Origin: Pseudomonadota bacterium
Lineage (GTDB): Bacteria; Pseudomonadota; Alphaproteobacteria; Sphingomonadales; Sphingomonadaceae
Direction: 5' to 3'
Assembly: GCA_040388515.1 (NCBI GenBank)
Contig: JAZKBQ010000004.1
Coordinates: forward strand, 182,382-246,381
Length of the DNA stretch: 64,000 nucleotides
Under the pieces are notes generated by a model, which was not told where the DNA came from, searched no databases, and saw nothing but the letters and a program-made list of their open reading frames with translations. The number at the start of each line of letters is the position of its first letter. Position 1 is the first letter of the stretch. Positions 63,673-64,000 of this stretch are shown one piece after another. The position numbers were made by a program, and so were the translations under genes.

Positions 63673-63878
63673 CAGGCCGGCGCCTGCTCGCGCACCCACG
63701 CCTGCATCGGAACCTCGCCCTTTGTCACGCGCTCAATGCGACCTGCGACTTCGAGTGTGGGCAAAAGCTTGCCGCGCCTGAGCTTGCTGACCATCGTTCG
63801 GTCACGTTCAATCAAGGCGCCGAAATCATCGTCGGTGATTTTGGCGCGTTCAAGATAGGTATCGAGGGGCGTGCTCAT
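63672..63878 (-). CDS. Cro-like (YdaS/Cro-type HTH) early repressor
   Basis: 68 aa, first gene of the minus-strand early operon. It abuts the operator region. Confidence 0.6.
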   Translation of the reverse strand: MSTPLDTYLERAKITDDDFGALIERDRTMVSKLRRGKLLPTLEVAGRIERVTKGEVPMQAWVREQAPA

Positions 63879-63885
63879 GTCGCAT

Positions 63886-63908
63886 GAATGTGCATCAAGT
63901 GCACATTC
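63886..63908. promoter_or_regulatory. Palindromic operator (9-bp arms, 5-bp spacer)
   Basis: GAATGTGCA-TCAAG-TGCACATTC, a perfect inverted repeat 8 nt upstream of the cro-like ATG. Confidence 0.7.
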
Positions 63909-63918
63909 GTCAAGCCCT

Positions 63919-63975
63919 AAGTGTGCACCCTATGCGCAAGACTTGCATTTCTCGTCTGTGCAACATGCGCACATG
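63919..63975. promoter_or_regulatory. Additional operator half-sites (ATGYGCA / GTGCAC / TGCGCA) in the switch region
   Basis: AAGTGTGCAC, TATGCGCAAG, CTGTGCAAC and CATGCGCACATG. The last overlaps the candidate cI-like ATG. Confidence 0.45.
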
Positions 63976-64000
63976 GATGTTGAATGGTTCAAAGCGCGAA
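63973..64000 (+). CDS. Start of a divergent gene (cI-like repressor candidate), truncated by the window edge
   Basis: ATG GAT GTT GAA TGG TTC AAA GCG CGA (MDVEWFKAR) divergent from the cro-like gene. Only 9 codons are visible. Confidence 0.3.

Larger units (their letters stand above)
21307..64000. mobile_element. Temperate siphovirus-type prophage, left end at the tRNA-Thr fragment, right end beyond the window
   Basis: Continuous phage gene content: methyltransferases, terminase, portal, capsid, tail, lysis, DnaB and a cro/cI switch. It starts directly after the partial tRNA. No integrase lies inside the window. Confidence 0.9.

Noticed and set aside
21307-64000. Integrase, excisionase, transposase or diversity-generating retroelement within the prophage segment
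   Set aside because: No ORF shows tyrosine or serine recombinase, DDE or reverse-transcriptase motifs. The integrase is presumably beyond the right window edge. I noticed no template/variable repeat pair near the fibre genes.

Overview
High-GC alphaproteobacterial DNA that looks Sphingomonadaceae-like, in two parts.

(A) 1-21207 is a chromosomal sugar-utilisation locus. It holds genes for a non-phosphorylative L-rhamnose pathway: an FAH-family hydrolase, L-rhamnonate dehydratase, an SDR and LldD. It also holds glycolate oxidase GlcDEF and a GH140-like apiosidase-family hydrolase. A DeoR-controlled set of isomerase, split transketolase and FGGY kinase fits the transketolase-type D-apiose pathway. 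A TonB-dependent receptor, an MFS transporter and a Tat-exported DUF5060/DUF4038-type hydrolase complete the locus.

(B) 21262-21306 is only the 3' half of a tRNA-Thr(UGU), interpreted as an att remnant. From 21307 to the right window edge runs a temperate siphovirus-type prophage of more than 42 kb. Its integrase and the intact tRNA are expected beyond 64000.

Prophage layout:
- A plus-strand early-left operon of tightly coupled small genes spans 21399-30394. It includes two orphan DNA methyltransferases, HTH proteins and zinc-ribbon proteins. An antisense three-gene SRAP island is embedded in it.
- A lower-GC PEP-CTERM moron lies at 30502-31014.
- A minus-strand late region spans 31011-57412 in an unusual order: terS-terL, head-tail adaptors, tail, lysis, portal-capsid, then two giant distal proteins.
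- Minus-strand replication and early-right genes span 57413-63878. They include DnaB, a RuvC-like resolvase, a GapR-like protein and an initiator-like gene with an internal AT-rich iteron island.
- A cro/cI-type switch region with a perfect palindromic operator sits at the right edge.

Most interesting observations:
- The portal carries a C-terminal 2H-phosphoesterase-like (Acb1/LigT-like) domain.
- A 13-nt asymmetric motif recurs five times, in one orientation, at late-module boundaries and overlapping stop codons.
- The in-gene ori-like iterons.
- Membrane and lipoprotein morons sit inside the tail operon.
- The prophage carries an exosortase-type cargo gene.

No CRISPR array, rRNA, transposase or integrase was seen in the window.
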